Below are positions 1-13,200 of a stretch of 64,000 nt of DNA, one piece after another (positions within the stretch are counted from its first letter, which is position 1; every line of letters begins with the position of its first letter). Location of the stretch: contig CANHGM010000001.1 of the NCBI GenBank assembly GCA_947460345.1, forward strand, positions 42,518-106,517. Reading direction: 5' to 3'. The position numbers and the translations under genes were made by a program. The notes beneath the pieces were generated by a model, which was given only the letters and a program-made list of their open reading frames with translations, was not told the origin of the DNA and ran no database searches. This DNA is from Bacteroidota bacterium. Lineage in GTDB: Bacteria; Bacteroidota; Bacteroidia; UKL13-3.

Positions 1-241
1 AGCAGTAATTTAATCTATCAGTGATAGGTGTAATTTGGTTGTATGGTCTGCGTTCAGCTAATTTTTCGAAGGCTCTATGAATATAACCTACGGTTTGTTC
101 GCTATGATGAATACGCTCACCATTCATGGTTAAGATATTCTGAAAAATACCATGAGTGGCAGGGTGAGTAGGTCCTAGATTTAACGTTTGAAATTCGTTA
201 TCAAGGGAGTCAATTTCTATTATATCTGTTGTGCTGCTCAT
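1..241 (-). CDS. nuoD: NADH-quinone oxidoreductase subunit D, N-terminal part (gene continues beyond window start)
   Basis: The reverse complement of 1-241 reads [80 protein letters not shown], a canonical NuoD N-terminus. Its ATG (239-241) overlaps the nuoC stop (ATGA overlap). Gene order is nuoA-B-C-D. Confidence 0.85.
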   Translation of the reverse strand, partial: MSSTTDIIEIDSLDNEFQTLNLGPTHPATHGIFQNILTMNGERIHHSEQTVGYIHRAFEKLAERRPYNQITPITDRLNYC

Positions 242-789
242 GCGTTTAATTGCTTATCTGCTCTTTGATCAAAAGTTTGTATATAATTTCCTTCTCTGCC
301 AAAGTATTGGTCTTCTTTGTCAGTTCTTGTTCCGTCTTCTAGAGGGTATTGCTTGCGTTGAGGGAAATAATCCATTTCATCTACATTCATAATTCTTCTT
401 AAATCAGGATGACCTTCAAATAAAATTCCATAAAAATCAAATGTTTCTCTTTCCATCCAATTTGCAGCTGCATATATATTGCAAATGGTAGGTACTTTTG
501 GACTTTTTATTGACACAAAACTTTTTATTCTCATTTTTAGGTTTTTAGTCCAACTGTGCACCATGTATACCATCCCTAATTCTCTATCAGTTTGGTTGGG
601 GAAGTGCATTCCACACAAGTCAGTAAGAAACGCCATTTTTAATTCTTCTGAATCTCTGAGAAATTCTAAAAGTGAAGTAATCTTTGCAGGCGGAATCTCA
701 ATAGTTAACATGCCATATGGCTCATCAAAACTAAGAATATCATCTGTAAACTTTGTTCTTATATGGTCTAATATTTCTTGATTAGTCAT
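238..789 (-). CDS. nuoC: NADH-quinone oxidoreductase subunit C
   Basis: 183 aa, a NuoC/30-kDa subunit-like sequence (…[17 protein letters not shown]…). It lies between nuoB and nuoD, as a separate gene not fused to nuoD. Confidence 0.88.
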   Translation of the reverse strand: MTNQEILDHIRTKFTDDILSFDEPYGMLTIEIPPAKITSLLEFLRDSEELKMAFLTDLCGMHFPNQTDRELGMVYMVHSWTKNLKMRIKSFVSIKSPKVPTICNIYAAANWMERETFDFYGILFEGHPDLRRIMNVDEMDYFPQRKQYPLEDGTRTDKEDQYFGREGNYIQTFDQRADKQLNA

Positions 790-805
790 TTTGTTGGTTT
801 AATAA

Positions 806-1342
806 TTAGCCTATTTTATATTGATCCATTAAAGCTTGATATTCAGAACTGTTTCTATGGCGTAAGCTTTCGTTTTTAGCTAATTCTTGAATCTTCAATA
901 CACCATCTAAAATTTGTTCGGGTCTTGGAGGGCAGCCTGGAACATAAACATCAACAGGTATCACTTTATCTATACCTTGAAGCACTGAATATGTATCAAA
1001 AATACCGCCACTGCTAGCACAAGCCCCAATAGACATAACCCATTTAGGCTCGGCCATTTGCTCATATACTTGACGTAAAACTGGTCCTAACTTTTTAGAA
1101 ATAGTGCCAGCTACAAGAAGTATATCGGCTTGCCTTGGCGAGAAACTCATTCTTTCCATACCAAACCTAGCAAGGTCATAATTACTACCCATAGTGGCCA
1201 TAAATTCTATACCACAACAAGAGGTTGCAAAAGGTAACGGCCATAAAGAATTTGCTCTAGCCAAGCCTATTACTTTGTCTAATGAAGTAGCAAAGAAACC
1301 TGGACCTTCTATTCCCGGAGGAGCTTGAGATATTTTTACCAT
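806..1342 (-). CDS. nuoB: NADH-quinone oxidoreductase subunit B (20-kDa, Fe-S N2)
   Basis: 178 aa with the conserved [16 protein letters not shown] and VPGCPP cysteine motifs of NuoB. Confidence 0.92.
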   Translation of the reverse strand: MVKISQAPPGIEGPGFFATSLDKVIGLARANSLWPLPFATSCCGIEFMATMGSNYDLARFGMERMSFSPRQADILLVAGTISKKLGPVLRQVYEQMAEPKWVMSIGACASSGGIFDTYSVLQGIDKVIPVDVYVPGCPPRPEQILDGVLKIQELAKNESLRHRNSSEYQALMDQYKIG

Positions 1343-1358
1343 TGTGTATATAATATTT

Positions 1359-1724
1359 TTATTTGTCCCACTCTAATGCACCTTTTTTAAGTACATAGAA
1401 AAAGCCAATTAAGAAAAAAGAAACAAACATTAAAACTGCAAGAAAACCTTCGCCTCCTAGTTCTTTAAAATTTACAGCGTAAGGATAAAAGAAAATAACT
1501 TCTACATCAAACAACACAAATAAAATTGCGGTCATAAAATATTTTATCGAAAAACGAACACGAGCGTCACCGTCGCTTTCTACTCCACACTCAAAGTTAG
1601 CATCTTTGGTTTTATTTTTTCTGCTTGGACCTAGCAAATGGGTAAGTGTTAACACCAATCCAACAAAACCGCCCGCAACAAGCGTTTGCATGACAATAGG
1701 AAAGTAACTTGAAGTTGTATTCAT
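1359..1724 (-). CDS. nuoA: NADH-quinone oxidoreductase subunit A
   Basis: 121 aa, three predicted TM helices, NuoA-like (…FECGVE…) and first gene of the nuo operon. A TAcaTTTG (Bacteroidota -7 type) box on the minus strand at 1750-1757 lies about 25 nt upstream of the ATG. Confidence 0.88.
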   Translation of the reverse strand: MNTTSSYFPIVMQTLVAGGFVGLVLTLTHLLGPSRKNKTKDANFECGVESDGDARVRFSIKYFMTAILFVLFDVEVIFFYPYAVNFKELGGEGFLAVLMFVSFFLIGFFYVLKKGALEWDK

Positions 1725-1749
1725 CTGTAGTGCAATTAAATTTTTGCAG

Positions 1750-1757
1750 CAAATGTA
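1750..1757 (-). promoter_or_regulatory. candidate Bacteroidota sigma-A -7 element (TAnnTTTG) for the nuo operon
   Basis: The minus strand reads TACATTTG about 25 nt upstream of the nuoA ATG. This is a pattern match only. Confidence 0.3.
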
Positions 1758-1827
1758 ATAACAAAGACGAGCTTTACATAGTTTTTAAATAGTGTTTTTT
1801 ACACTAAATTATATTTTAATTAAAACA

Positions 1828-3033
1828 CTAATTTTCTTGCTTTTCCCAAAACCTTTGGCTTACTGTTTCATCAAAAACATGCTTTAATATTGTCTGTTCA
1901 ATCTCATCAAATACTACTCCTCTCCTATGGCACATCTGAGAAGCCATTTCTATTACTTTATTTAATTGAAAGGTTTCAAAGCCCTGAGCACCACCCCAAG
2001 CAAAAGAAGGTATAAAGGTTCTAGGAAAACCGGAACCAAATATATTTGCGGCTACACCCACAACAGTTGCAGTATTAAACATGGTATTAATTCCGCACTT
2101 AGCATGGTCAGCCATCATTAGACCACAAAAAGTTAGGCCTGTGTTTTCAAACTTATTTAAAACATGACTCCACACTTTAACATCAGCATAGTTATTTTTC
2201 AAGTTCGAGCTATTTGTGTCAGCTCCAATATTACACCACTCACCTATTACGGCATTGCCTATAAACCCATCGTGACCTTTATTGCTATAACCAAATAAGA
2301 TTGAGTTACTAACTTCACCTCCAACTTTACAATGTGGGCCAATGGTAGTAGCTCCGTATATTTTTGTACCCATTTTTGTTGAAGCATTTTCACCTAATGC
2401 AAATGGACCTCTGATAAATGAACCCTCCATTATTTCAGCATTTTTGGCTATATATATAGGACCAGTTGAAGCATTTAAAAATGCACCTTGTACTTTAGCT
2501 CCTGGTTCTACAAATATTTGTTCTATATTGATTAATGTGTTTGTTTCATTTAGCAATTCACTTGTTCTATTGGCAGTGATATGCTTAAAATCAAACCTAA
2601 TAGCTTGATCATTGTAGGTAAACAAATGCCAAATTCTATTTATGTATATATATCCGGTTGAGTTTGTTTCTTTTTTTATGGTGTGATTAAAAATTTCAAG
2701 ACTAAAATCTTTTACTTGCTCGCTATTTAACACGACCGCTATTAGCAAATCATTTTTTATTAATGATTCGCCAAGTTTTAATTCTTTAACTTCACTTAAT
2801 AATAAATTATCAGGTATAATACTGCCATTTATCAATAAATTTTGGTCTTGAATGTTAGTTTTAAACTTATTTGATAAATATTCTTGAGTTAAAAAAGATA
2901 CTTTTGATTCGAACATTAACTCCCACCTTTCAGCTGGAGTTAGAATTCCACACCTAATTGCTCCTGTAGGTCGAGTATAGGTAAATGGAAGTAAGTTGTT
3001 TCTGCTAGTGTCGTCAAATAAAATGATATTCAT
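1828..3033 (-). CDS. putative sugar-phosphate nucleotidyltransferase with C-terminal left-handed beta-helix (GlmU-like hexapeptide repeats)
   Basis: C-terminal half has hexapeptide [LIV]-G-x-x-x-x repeats (IGPHCKVGGEVSNSILFGYSNKGHDGFIGNAVIGEWCNIGADTNSSN). The N-terminal half resembles a nucleotidyltransferase fold. The start is probably Met13 (MNIILFDD…), since the ORF-track start at 3069 adds a hydrophobic leader. Confidence 0.6.
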   Translation of the reverse strand: MNIILFDDTSRNNLLPFTYTRPTGAIRCGILTPAERWELMFESKVSFLTQEYLSNKFKTNIQDQNLLINGSIIPDNLLLSEVKELKLGESLIKNDLLIAVVLNSEQVKDFSLEIFNHTIKKETNSTGYIYINRIWHLFTYNDQAIRFDFKHITANRTSELLNETNTLINIEQIFVEPGAKVQGAFLNASTGPIYIAKNAEIMEGSFIRGPFALGENASTKMGTKIYGATTIGPHCKVGGEVSNSILFGYSNKGHDGFIGNAVIGEWCNIGADTNSSNLKNNYADVKVWSHVLNKFENTGLTFCGLMMADHAKCGINTMFNTATVVGVAANIFGSGFPRTFIPSFAWGGAQGFETFQLNKVIEMASQMCHRRGVVFDEIEQTILKHVFDETVSQRFWEKQEN

Positions 3034-3115
3034 ATGTACAATATTATTTAATAATAGATTAAAAAACAAAACCCCTCGAATTTTCGAAGGGTTTAAATAT
3101 TATTAAATTAAAAAC

Positions 3116-3364
3116 TTATTTTTTATCGTAACGACGACGGAATTTATCTATACGTCCTGCTGTATCTAAGAAAGTAGATTTACCAGTATAGAAAGGATGA
3201 GATTTGTCTGAAATCTCTAATTTATATAATGGATATTCGTTACCATCTTCCCATTTAACTGTTTCTTTTGTTTCAACAGCTGAACGAGTAAGAAATGAAT
3301 AGTCGCATGACATGTCTTTAAATACAACTTGTCTATAATTTTCTGGATGAATGCCTTTTTTCAT
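3116..3364 (-). CDS. rpmE2: 50S ribosomal protein L31 type B
   Basis: [15 protein letters not shown]… SHPFYTG … is the L31 signature and the CxxC zinc ribbon is absent, indicating type B. The probable start is Met12 of the listed ORF. Confidence 0.8.
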   Translation of the reverse strand: MKKGIHPENYRQVVFKDMSCDYSFLTRSAVETKETVKWEDGNEYPLYKLEISDKSHPFYTGKSTFLDTAGRIDKFRRRYDKK

Positions 3365-3480
3365 GATTTTTAAAAAAATTGGGCTGCAAATATACAACTA
3401 ATCATCTGCTATCAAAATTATTTTTCAATTTTTCATTCTTTTGTTATTGAATAAAACAAACTTAATTTGCAACACTTTAT

Positions 3481-3981
3481 ATGGAAAAGAAAATTATCAT
3501 GGATCATGAGGCTGTGTTGATGAAAATTCAACGTATGGCTTGGCAAGTGTATGAAAATAATATTGAAGCTAAGTCTATTTTAATTTTCGGAATAGAAGGG
3601 AGTGGGAATATTATATCTTCAATTTTGGTTGAAGAATTAAACAAAATTTGTTCAATTAAAACAATATATTCTTCGATTAATGTAAATAAAAACAACCCTT
3701 CAAGTATGCAGGCTAAAATTGATATATCTATTGAAGAATATAAAGATTCCCCATTAATTATAGTGGACGATGTACTTAATTCAGCAAGAACAATAGCCTA
3801 TGCGATGAACCCTTTTCTTATTGCTGGATTTAAAAAAATACAAACCGCAGTTCTAGTAAACAGAAATCACAGAAGCTACCCAATAGCAGCTGATTTTTCA
3901 GGCATTTCTTTGGCTACAACACTTCAAGAGCATGTGAATGTTATGTATATAGATGAGAGGTTTTCTGTATCAATCGAATAA
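3481..3981 (+). CDS. phosphoribosyltransferase-domain protein (PyrR/PRTase-like)
   Basis: 166 aa with the PRPP-binding motif LIIVDDVLNSARTI preceded by a hydrophobic strand, which is the type I PRTase fold. Confidence 0.65.
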   Translation: MEKKIIMDHEAVLMKIQRMAWQVYENNIEAKSILIFGIEGSGNIISSILVEELNKICSIKTIYSSINVNKNNPSSMQAKIDISIEEYKDSPLIIVDDVLNSARTIAYAMNPFLIAGFKKIQTAVLVNRNHRSYPIAADFSGISLATTLQEHVNVMYIDERFSVSIE

Positions 3982-4179
3982 CTATTTTTAACATTGTTGA
4001 TTTATTTTTTAAAGTAATCAATAACATTATTTTCAAAGCTTAATTTTACTTTACTTAATTTGTTATGTATAAGATTATATATAATGAGGAATCTATTTAT
4101 TGATATTCAAAAAATAAAGTACTACACTTTAAAAGTATTTGATAATTTCAGTATGTATAAAATTATCATTTTTAAAATA

Positions 4180-4212
4180 AAAAAAACCCACCTTTTTCAA
4201 GGTGGGTTAAAC
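4180..4212 (-). terminator. rho-independent terminator for the giant surface-protein gene, possibly bidirectional
   Basis: CCCACCtttttcaaGGTGGG hairpin. On the minus strand it is followed by an 8-T run and lies about 50 nt downstream of the stop at 4258. Confidence 0.6.
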
Positions 4213-4257
4213 AATTTGTTTTTACCTATTAATATTTACACACGTTAATATTCATAA

Positions 4258-7200
4258 TTAATATTTAACCACTTTTGTGGTTTGTTTGAAGTCATTACCA
4301 ACTATGTTAAGAATGTATACACCTTTAGATAGGGATTCAGATGGAATAACCATTAGAATATTACCTTCAGTTGTTTCAATATTTTGATTGATAATTACTT
4401 TTCCATTTAAGTCTGTCAACATTATTGTATATTTTCCTGCTGACACATTCATATCTATAGTAAATTCTTTATTAAATGGATTAGGATATACCATTAATTG
4501 AGAAGAATATTCTATATTAGAATTAACTTGATTATTATTTACAAATACAGGAGATAATGGTGTATTAGCAGAGTCTGAGACTGTAAACTTAATAGTGCCT
4601 GATAAAGTTGTTCCATTTCTTCTAACTGCTCCTGTTGAAGCATTAGCAGTAGAAGGAGTACAGCCAGTAATATTAGACCAAGTAGAACCATTATTAGTAG
4701 ATTTATTAAAACGCAACTTACTTCTATCAGCACCAGCTAATTCAGTTGAGTCATATGTCATTTCAAAAACAGAAGCAGTTACATTGTTTGCAACAGTAAT
4801 ATCATAATTACGGCTGATGCTACTGCCTGTTCCACTTGTATAAACATTGTGTTTTCTAGTAATGGTAGTATTGCCAGGAGCAGCGTTAGTAGACAACTTC
4901 ATTCCTAAACCAGCAATATTATTATTTGATAAAGCTGTAGCATAACTACGAGTAGTTGTTAAACTTCCTGAATTTCCAACAAATGTTTGATTAGCAGCTT
5001 CAGAAATAGTAGCAGCTGATCCTAAAGTAATAGTGGCTCCATTTAGGTCTACATCTCCAATTGTTAAGGTTGCAGTTCCATTTAAGACAAAGCTATTTGC
5101 TATGCTTAATCCACTAGCTCTGTTTATTGTGATATTTCTCATAGTGTCTAAAGGTAATCCAGAAATAAAAGGTGCTGAAGCATTTCCTATGATACTAAGT
5201 ATTCCTGTAGCTTGGCTATTTTTAATTTTACCTGAAGTAGTATTAACTATTCCATAGGCTAAACTGGTAGATCCAATTTGGAAGTTAAAACCATTCATAT
5301 CAATTACACCATTATAAAGTGAAGTTGTATTTCCAACTAACATTCTATCTCCTAATTTAACACCATTTGGTCTATTTAAAGTAAAGCTACCATTTGAAGA
5401 ATATTTTAAATTAGTAATTTGAGGTGCACTAGCATTACCGTTAATAATAAGCTCATTAGTTGTTGCACTATTACCTCCTAAGATATTACCTCCAGTTGTT
5501 ATAATGTTTCCTATACTTGTAGACGTTGTTCCTATTGTTAAAGTTGTTGCTGGATTTAACAAACATGTTCCAGAAGTTAAGAATAAAGAATTAGTAACTA
5601 ATAAATTCCCAATGATACGAACTCCTCCACTTGCACTTGTATTTAATTCAACATTACTCATCAAACCATTTGAAAATAATGTCTGATATCCAGATGCTCT
5701 TGTAAATAAGGTTTTACCATTACCTGAAATGATACCATTCATTGTAACATCACCTTTTAAGGTTAGATTATTAGAACCTAATGAAAGTGTAGATGTAGAA
5801 GAACTGATTTCAAATGTATTATTAATAGTAACATTTCCTAGTAAAGAGTAACTTTTTGCAACTCCAGTTAATCTAACAGCAAAGTATGTACCTGCTGGTA
5901 TTGAAGTAGAATTAGCAAGATTTAAGTACCCAATAGAATGTAAAAATGTCCCGTTTTGGGTAAATGTTCCATTTATTGTTAAGCTTCCACCAGAAACCAT
6001 TTTTACACTTGCACCAGATGCAATGATTAAGTTTCTACAAATAGCCGATGATTGAATCGAAGGATAATTAGTTAATCCAGCTGGAATAATAATATCTGTT
6101 GTACTATTAGGAACAACACCACTACACCAGTTTGCACCATTGAACCAAGAAGTATCCATTGAACCATTCCATCCATTAGGTGATATACTAATTGTAGAAA
6201 TATTAGTATCAGAAACACATCCAAAACTACTCATAGCAACCATTTTAACAGTATATGTTCCAAGTGCAAGGTAAGTTTTAATTGGGTTAACTGCTGTAGA
6301 TGTATCATTTACGCCAGTTCCAAAATTCCATTTGTATGTATTGGCATTAGAACTAGTGTTAGTATATATAAAATTATTACCTGAGATACATTGTGCAGCA
6401 TTGTTTAAGTTGTATGAAGCAATTGGTTTTGGGTTAACAACAATCACTTGAGTAAGTGTATCATTACTTGGTGTTTGATCAGCAATTCCATTTGGTTTTG
6501 TGCTCCATATTTTAACTAAGTAAGAACCAGAAACTGGCCAAGCAAAATATCCTAAAGAAATGGTAGCTGAGTCATTTTTAACCAAATTGCCTGTCCACGA
6601 AGTTCCACCTATTAAAGTTCCATTAACACTCACATAAACTGAATCACTTGTTAAGAAATTCTCACCATAATTTTTGATGCGAATTGAATATAAGTTTGAA
6701 TCACCTTGACAAACATTTGAGTTGGGTATTAATCTAAATACCCCTGCATCTTCTGAGTTCACATAGAATTCATCAGCACCAATATCAGGTGTTGAAGCAT
6801 CACGTGTTTCACCGTCAAAGTCAGTTGTTATTGATATTGGAGTAGCACCTTTATTTAAGCCTATTCCACTGCTATGTAAGTCTGAACTAGAAGCATAATT
6901 AGAGAAACTGCTGCGGCTATTGTTGTTTAAACCATAACCTGCTTGCATTGCTGCCAATGTTCCATACTCTGTTAAAGAACCTGCTGTAGAACCTAAACCT
7001 AAGAACTTAGGTGTATTACCTGTAATAGTTCCATAACTAGTAGTATCAAAGTTATTGTTTGAAAGGTTTGTAAAGTTAGAAGATGGGAAAGTAGCTGCAT
7101 ACAGTAATATACCATAGTGTTTAGCTCCTGTATATGCACCACCAGTATAAGTGAAGGTGTTTTTAAATGAATTGTTTCTGAAATCTAAATTAGTATTGGT

Positions 7201-10200
7201 ATTACTTCCAAAAGCTACACAAGCAGAGAAATAATTTGCACTTGCTGAAGTTTTTAAATTGTTAGTACCTGATAAACTAATAGAATTATAATATAATTTA
7301 ATACCATCATTTACTCCTTGAATTCGGATACCGCAAGGAATACCATTTGAAACGCTTGTCCATCCGTCACCATTCAGGTCAGATAACATATTGTTGTCAA
7401 TTTGAATATTACCTGTACCAGCTGTAAACCCAGTAGCATTAATATCAATACCAGTTGCACCATAACCAGAAGATCCAGTATAATATAAGCCAGTTATAGT
7501 GTTTCTAGTGATTCTCACATTATTAGTTCCAATAGTCATCTCAATTCCAATAGGACCAGGTGAACCGCTTGTAGTCTTGATATTAAATATAGTATTTTGG
7601 CTTATTAAAACGCCATTAGCTTGACCCAAAGAAATACCTTTAAACCCAACATAATTAGAAGCTGTGTTTGAACCAAATGAATTTCCAATGATACCTAAAT
7701 TATCAGATTTTGCAGTGGCAGTTCCTCTTTGGTAAATACCATAATAGCATTTGTTGAAACTACAATTGCGAATGGTGTCGTTGTCATTATCACCACCAGC
7801 TGTTGTTGAAGAGGTAGCATCACCAATGGTAATACCTGAAACAGCAGTGGTTAATAAACCAGCAGTGATGTTCACATTTTTTATGGTATTATTGGTAGCA
7901 CCCGCACCTGTTCCTAATGAAGCCATAAATATTACAGAAGAAGTAGTCGTAACAGAATTATTAGTAATACTTAAATCTCTGCTAGTTCCACCATTGTTAG
8001 AACCATCTATGGTAACATAATCAGCACCGTTTAATACAATTATACCTAAAGCACTTCCTGTTATAGTTGCTGTATTTCCTGATGCAGGCTTAATTGTTAA
8101 TTTATTCGTGCTACTCGATCCAGAGTATTGATTAATGATAATTGGGAAAGTTTCAGAGTTAGAATAAGTTGCATCTGTTAAGTTAAATGTAACAGCACCA
8201 CAAGCTCCATTTTGGTTTAGATCAGCAACAGCTGCTGTTAAAGTAGTATAGTTACCTCCTGTACCTACAGTATATGTTCCATTTAATCCGGTTTTAACAT
8301 TATTTAATGTATTTGAATCATTAGTTAGGTTAGGATCATATATATTATTTGGACTTGAACTCCATGCTTTAATAGTATAAGTAGTACCGCTACTAAAGCT
8401 GTAACTACCTAAAGAAACAGTTGATGTAGAACCTTGTGCTATGTTTCCTGTCCACAAAACTCCACCTTGTAATGTTCCATTTACGCTCCAATATACTGAA
8501 TCAGAAGTTAAATTATTAACTCCATAATTTTTAATAGTAGCATTTAAGTTTATAGAACCAGCACAAATAGCACCCGAACCTGCAGAAATACTTGTAATAC
8601 CAGCATCATCATTAACAGGAGTAAATTCATCCGCACCAATATCAGGTGTTGAAGCATTTCTAGTTTGACCATCAAAGTCAATAGTAATACCTGTGCCTGT
8701 TGCTGCTGTTCCATTTAATGCATTAACACCTGTATGCAAATCTGTATTACTTGTAAATCCAGATGAAACTTCAATGGTACTTGTATTTAGACCATAACCT
8801 GCTTGTAAAGTTGAAACTGTAGCATACTCTGTTAATGAGCCTGCTGTAGCACCTAATCCAAAGTATTTAGGTGTGTTACCAGTAATAGTTCCATAACCTG
8901 TTGTGTCAAAGTTATTATTGCTAAAGTTAGTAAAATTAGAAGTAGGGAAAGTAGCAGTCAAAAACATTACCCCATAATGTTTAGCACCAGTATATGAACC
9001 ACCTGTGTATGAATAAGTGTTTCTGAAAATATTATTTCTGAAATCTAAATTGGTATTGGTATTACTACCAAAAGCAATACAAGCAGATACATAATTAGTT
9101 CTAGCAGCAGTGCTATTATTGTTAGTTCCATTTAAATTAATAGAATTGTATACGAATTTAATTCCATCATTTACTCCTTGAACTCTTAATCCACATGGGA
9201 TACCATTAGATACTGATGTCCAACCGTCACCATTAATATCAGATATCATATTGTTATCTATTACAATACTTCCGGTGCCTGTGGTAAAACCAGTACTATT
9301 AATATCTATTCCTATAGCACCATATCCAGTTGTACTAGTATAATATAAACCTGTAATTTTATTTCTAGAAATTTTTACATTATTAGTTCCTGCTGCGATT
9401 TCAATACCTGAAGGACCAGGAGAACCTGAAGTTGTTTTAAGATTGAAAATAGTATTTTGACTAATCAACACACCAATAGCTTGACCTACAGATATACCTT
9501 TAAAAGTAATATAATCAGTAGCTGTATTAGAGCCAATTGTGTTTCCAATAATACCTAAATTATCGGTAGTTCCAGTAACAGCAGATCTTGAATAAACCCC
9601 GTAATAAGCTTTTGTTAAGATACAGTTTTGAATGGTATCGTTGTCATTATCATCTCCTGATGACAAATTGGTAGAACCACCTAATTGAATAGCTGAATAT
9701 CCAGAAGTAATATTACCAGCAGCTATTTTACAATTTTTAATCGTATTATTAGTTGCCCCTGCACCAGTTCCTTGAGAAATGATATATATGGCAGCTGAAG
9801 CACCTGTATTATATGTATTTGAAATGGTCAAATCTTGAGTAGTACCACCCACAGTATTTGAACCATCAATGGTTACATAATCTGCTCCATTTAATCTAAG
9901 GATTCCTGTTGCACTTGAACCAGCAATTACTGGCGTAGCACCTGTAGCAGGCTTAATTACTAATCTGTTAGCAGCTGAAATACCTGCAAATTGGTTAAGT
10001 GTTAATGGGAATGTTTCTGATGCATAAGCATTATCTGTTAATGATAAAGTTACACCACAAGATGTACCTCTAGTAGTTAAATCAGTGATGGCATCTGTAA
10101 TGGTTGCATAGTTTTGACCAGAACCCACTGTATAAGTTCCACACATAGGGCCCGTAATTTTACGATTACCTGAAGTGGCTCCACCTCCAAAGTTTACAAC

Positions 10201-13200
10201 AGAATTTCCATTGATAGAAACTAATTGAGCATCAACTGAGTCACCTACAACAGCCGTATTTTTAATATCATAAAATAAATTAAAATAGAATGTAGTATCA
10301 TGGAAAATTCTAAATGAACCATTAATAGTGAATGAACCATTAGGGCTAGCTACACCTCCAAAAAGTGAAGCAGCAGAAGTATCAATTGCACCTGTTAATC
10401 CTGCATAATATAATTTAGCACTGTCAAGATTTGTTGAAGCTTGACTTGTTCCGTTTGTATTAAAGGTAAATGAAGTAATATTGAACCCTTTATATACTCC
10501 TTGGATTTTTACTGCTACTCTCATTATAGCTTGTTTTCTATTATTTGCAGTAACAGCAGTAACATAAGGTTGTGTAGGTGTTAATGTACTTACATAAAAC
10601 GAATCTTCAGGTACTCCGTCATATTCATCAGCTCCAATATCAAATGTAGTACCTCCACCATTAGCAGCTGCATTATTATCAGGGCGGGTTTGGTTGTCGT
10701 AGTCTGTATTAAACAATGAAACAATATCTCCACTGTTTTCAGCTATACATTTATTGGTACCAGCATTTATATGTAAGTTAGTAGTTGACACGTATTGCGG
10801 ATCACGGCTATACGAGTTAGAATCTTTATTGGTATAAGTAACTAAGTTTAACTTGGTTGGGCAAAGTACGCCTCCCACATATGCATAAAGACCACAAACA
10901 CTTGGAGCGTAGTAGTCATTTTTATCCATAGTCCAATTTGCATAATTAGAAGTTGTTGAACTAGGTAATGACAAAGCTGCATTTGAGTTTGCAGTATTGC
11001 CACTATTGGTCATATTGTTTACGAATATATTATTTCTTATATCTAAATTATTTAAACCAGTAGCAGTTATATGCAAAGCTGCTGAGCTGGCACCTGCAGT
11101 AGCAGAAGTACTAACACCACTTAAATACACACTGTTGTTATATATTTTGTGGAACCCGCTACCTTCAATTCTGATACCTGACGGTATATTTCCAGTAACA
11201 GTAGTAGCTGTATTGTTACTATTCAGGTCATAAATCATATTGTTATAAACCTTGGTTGAGTCGTTACCGCCACCACTAGAAATTTTAATACCATATATAC
11301 CATAACCAGCAGAAGTGCTCTTTAAGTCATGGATATTGTTGTTGTAAATTTCAGTAGCTAAAGAACTTGACCCAATACCCACTCCAGATCCACCGAAAGC
11401 AGCAGATACTCTCATGTTTTGAATTTCGTTGTGGTGAAATTTAACTGCAATGGTGTTATTTAAAACAAACCCTTCACTAAAAAACGGCAAAGCAGGATTA
11501 TATGAACCTATATTACAATTTTTAATTTCTACATTGGTGATTTTATTAGCAGGTGTACCATTTAAATATACAGGTTGACCAGCAAAACTTAAAGTATCAC
11601 CATCTAATAATATATTTCTATTGTTATCTCCTTGAGCAGTTACAGAAGTACCTGAAACCATCACACAATAGTTTGAAAAATTACCACCATTGTATATGTT
11701 TACATCTTTAATTGTTATATCGGTACAATAGCTAGTTGTAGAATTACTACTTAACCATAAAGTAGTGGTACCAGTTGAAGTAGAAGTATTTTGTATAGTT
11801 AAATTGTTAGAAGAATTTGAACCATCGTTACCTCTAATAGTTGTGAATGTAGTTGCATTGAACTTAATTAAACCAGTAGTAGAACTTCCAGAGATAGTTG
11901 TCTGTAAATTAGCACAAGGTGATATGGTAAGTACTTTAGAAGCACTAGCGTCACCATTGGCATTAATCACCATTGGGAAAGTTTCGCTAGTGGTTGTGTT
12001 ATATGCAGCATCTGTTAATACAAAATCTACATTACCATTTAATCCATTGCTATTATAAGCAGCAATAGCAGCTGTAAGCGTAGCATAAGTATTTGTTACA
12101 GATGAACCGTTACAAGTTCCTGAAGTACCAACATAATATGTTCCTGAAATTGTTGGTAATATTTTATATGAATTTACTGTTGTAGGTCTAGTTGAACCAG
12201 GAGGGTTAATTCCAGCACCACCAGCAGGAGAAGTTGCCATATTAGGGGTACTTGCTCTATCTTGAGCAGCAATATAATAATATACTGAGTCGTTAGATGA
12301 TAATCCTCCAAGTGTAGAAGCTTTGATAGTAAAGTCGTAAGAAGAACCTGACTTAGCAGACAAAGTATCGCTAAACCATGTACCAGCAAAAAACTTTTTA
12401 TAGTATATACGAGGTGCACCATTGGTTCCAATACCTAACAAACCAGAATTATCGGTGATAGTTGCTGTAATAGTTCTGTTTCCAGTATTAGCCGTATTTA
12501 ATACAGCAGTATGAACAATTAGCGGAGCTGTTAAATCTGAAGGAATACCATCAAACTCATCAGCACCAATATCAAATGAGGTTCCACCTCCATTAGTTGA
12601 ACCAAAAGGACCAGGTCTAACATCGCCTTCAATATCGCTGCTTATACCTGAAATAGTTGCACCTCCAGATTCTAATTGAGATGCTGTTGCGTTAGGTATT
12701 TTTAAATTAGTAGAAGAAGTAAATGGCATAGTTTCTATAAACCCATTTCCTTCTTGACCAGTGGCTGTTTTCCAACTAGCCAAACTTTGATAATTGGTAG
12801 TACCAATTCTACCTATATATCCTGAAGCATTGCCATATCCAACAGTAGTACCTCCAACTTGATATGCATTGTTATTTAAAGCACCTGAAGCAAAAATGGT
12901 TGAAGCACCTGCATATATACAATATATAAACTGAGTGGTACTATCTGCTTGTTTGTTTACTAAAATATTGTTTTTAAGTTCGGTTACAAAACCTGCAGTA
13001 GTATTAGATAAATAAATACAAGTAGAAAAATTATTTGTTTTTGCTCCACTAAAAGCGTTAGTAGCTTGTAAGCTGATGCTGTTGTTATTTATTCTTAAGT
13101 TAGTGATAGCTGATATACTGTATATGCCATGTGCATTATAGGTTCCAAAAGAACTATAATGAAAGGCTTGCATATTCCATATATAATTGTTATAGATATG

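Noticed and set aside
3398-3480. Search for tRNA/ncRNA genes in the larger intergenic gaps (3398-3480, 14263-14430, 32663-32821, 34874-35064, 42452-42804, 48892-49010, 59924-60284)
   Set aside because: No cloverleaf-compatible GC-rich stems or conserved T-loop (GTTCRA) sequences were seen. The gaps are uniformly AT-rich promoter-like DNA.
4060-4248. 62-aa plus-strand ORF in the rpmE2/PRTase–adhesin intergenic region
   Set aside because: It is an extremely AT-rich, Ile/Lys/Phe-dominated translation with no start context and it overlaps the terminator hairpin. This is the typical spurious ORF of AT-rich spacer.
6430-10140. Possibility that the periodic DNA repeats are a CRISPR array or IS fragments
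   Set aside because: The repeat units are about 1.86 kb, contiguous, in frame and translate into homologous beta-helix modules. They have no short direct repeats with unique spacers and no transposase.
4539-12431. Multiple 60-115-aa ORFs on both strands inside 4258-14262 (e.g. 4539-4733, 5033-5257, 7751-8020, 10997-11233, 11765-12058, 12174-12431)
   Set aside because: All lie within the single 10-kb reading frame of the giant gene and are frame artefacts of its repetitive Gly/Thr/Asn-rich codons.
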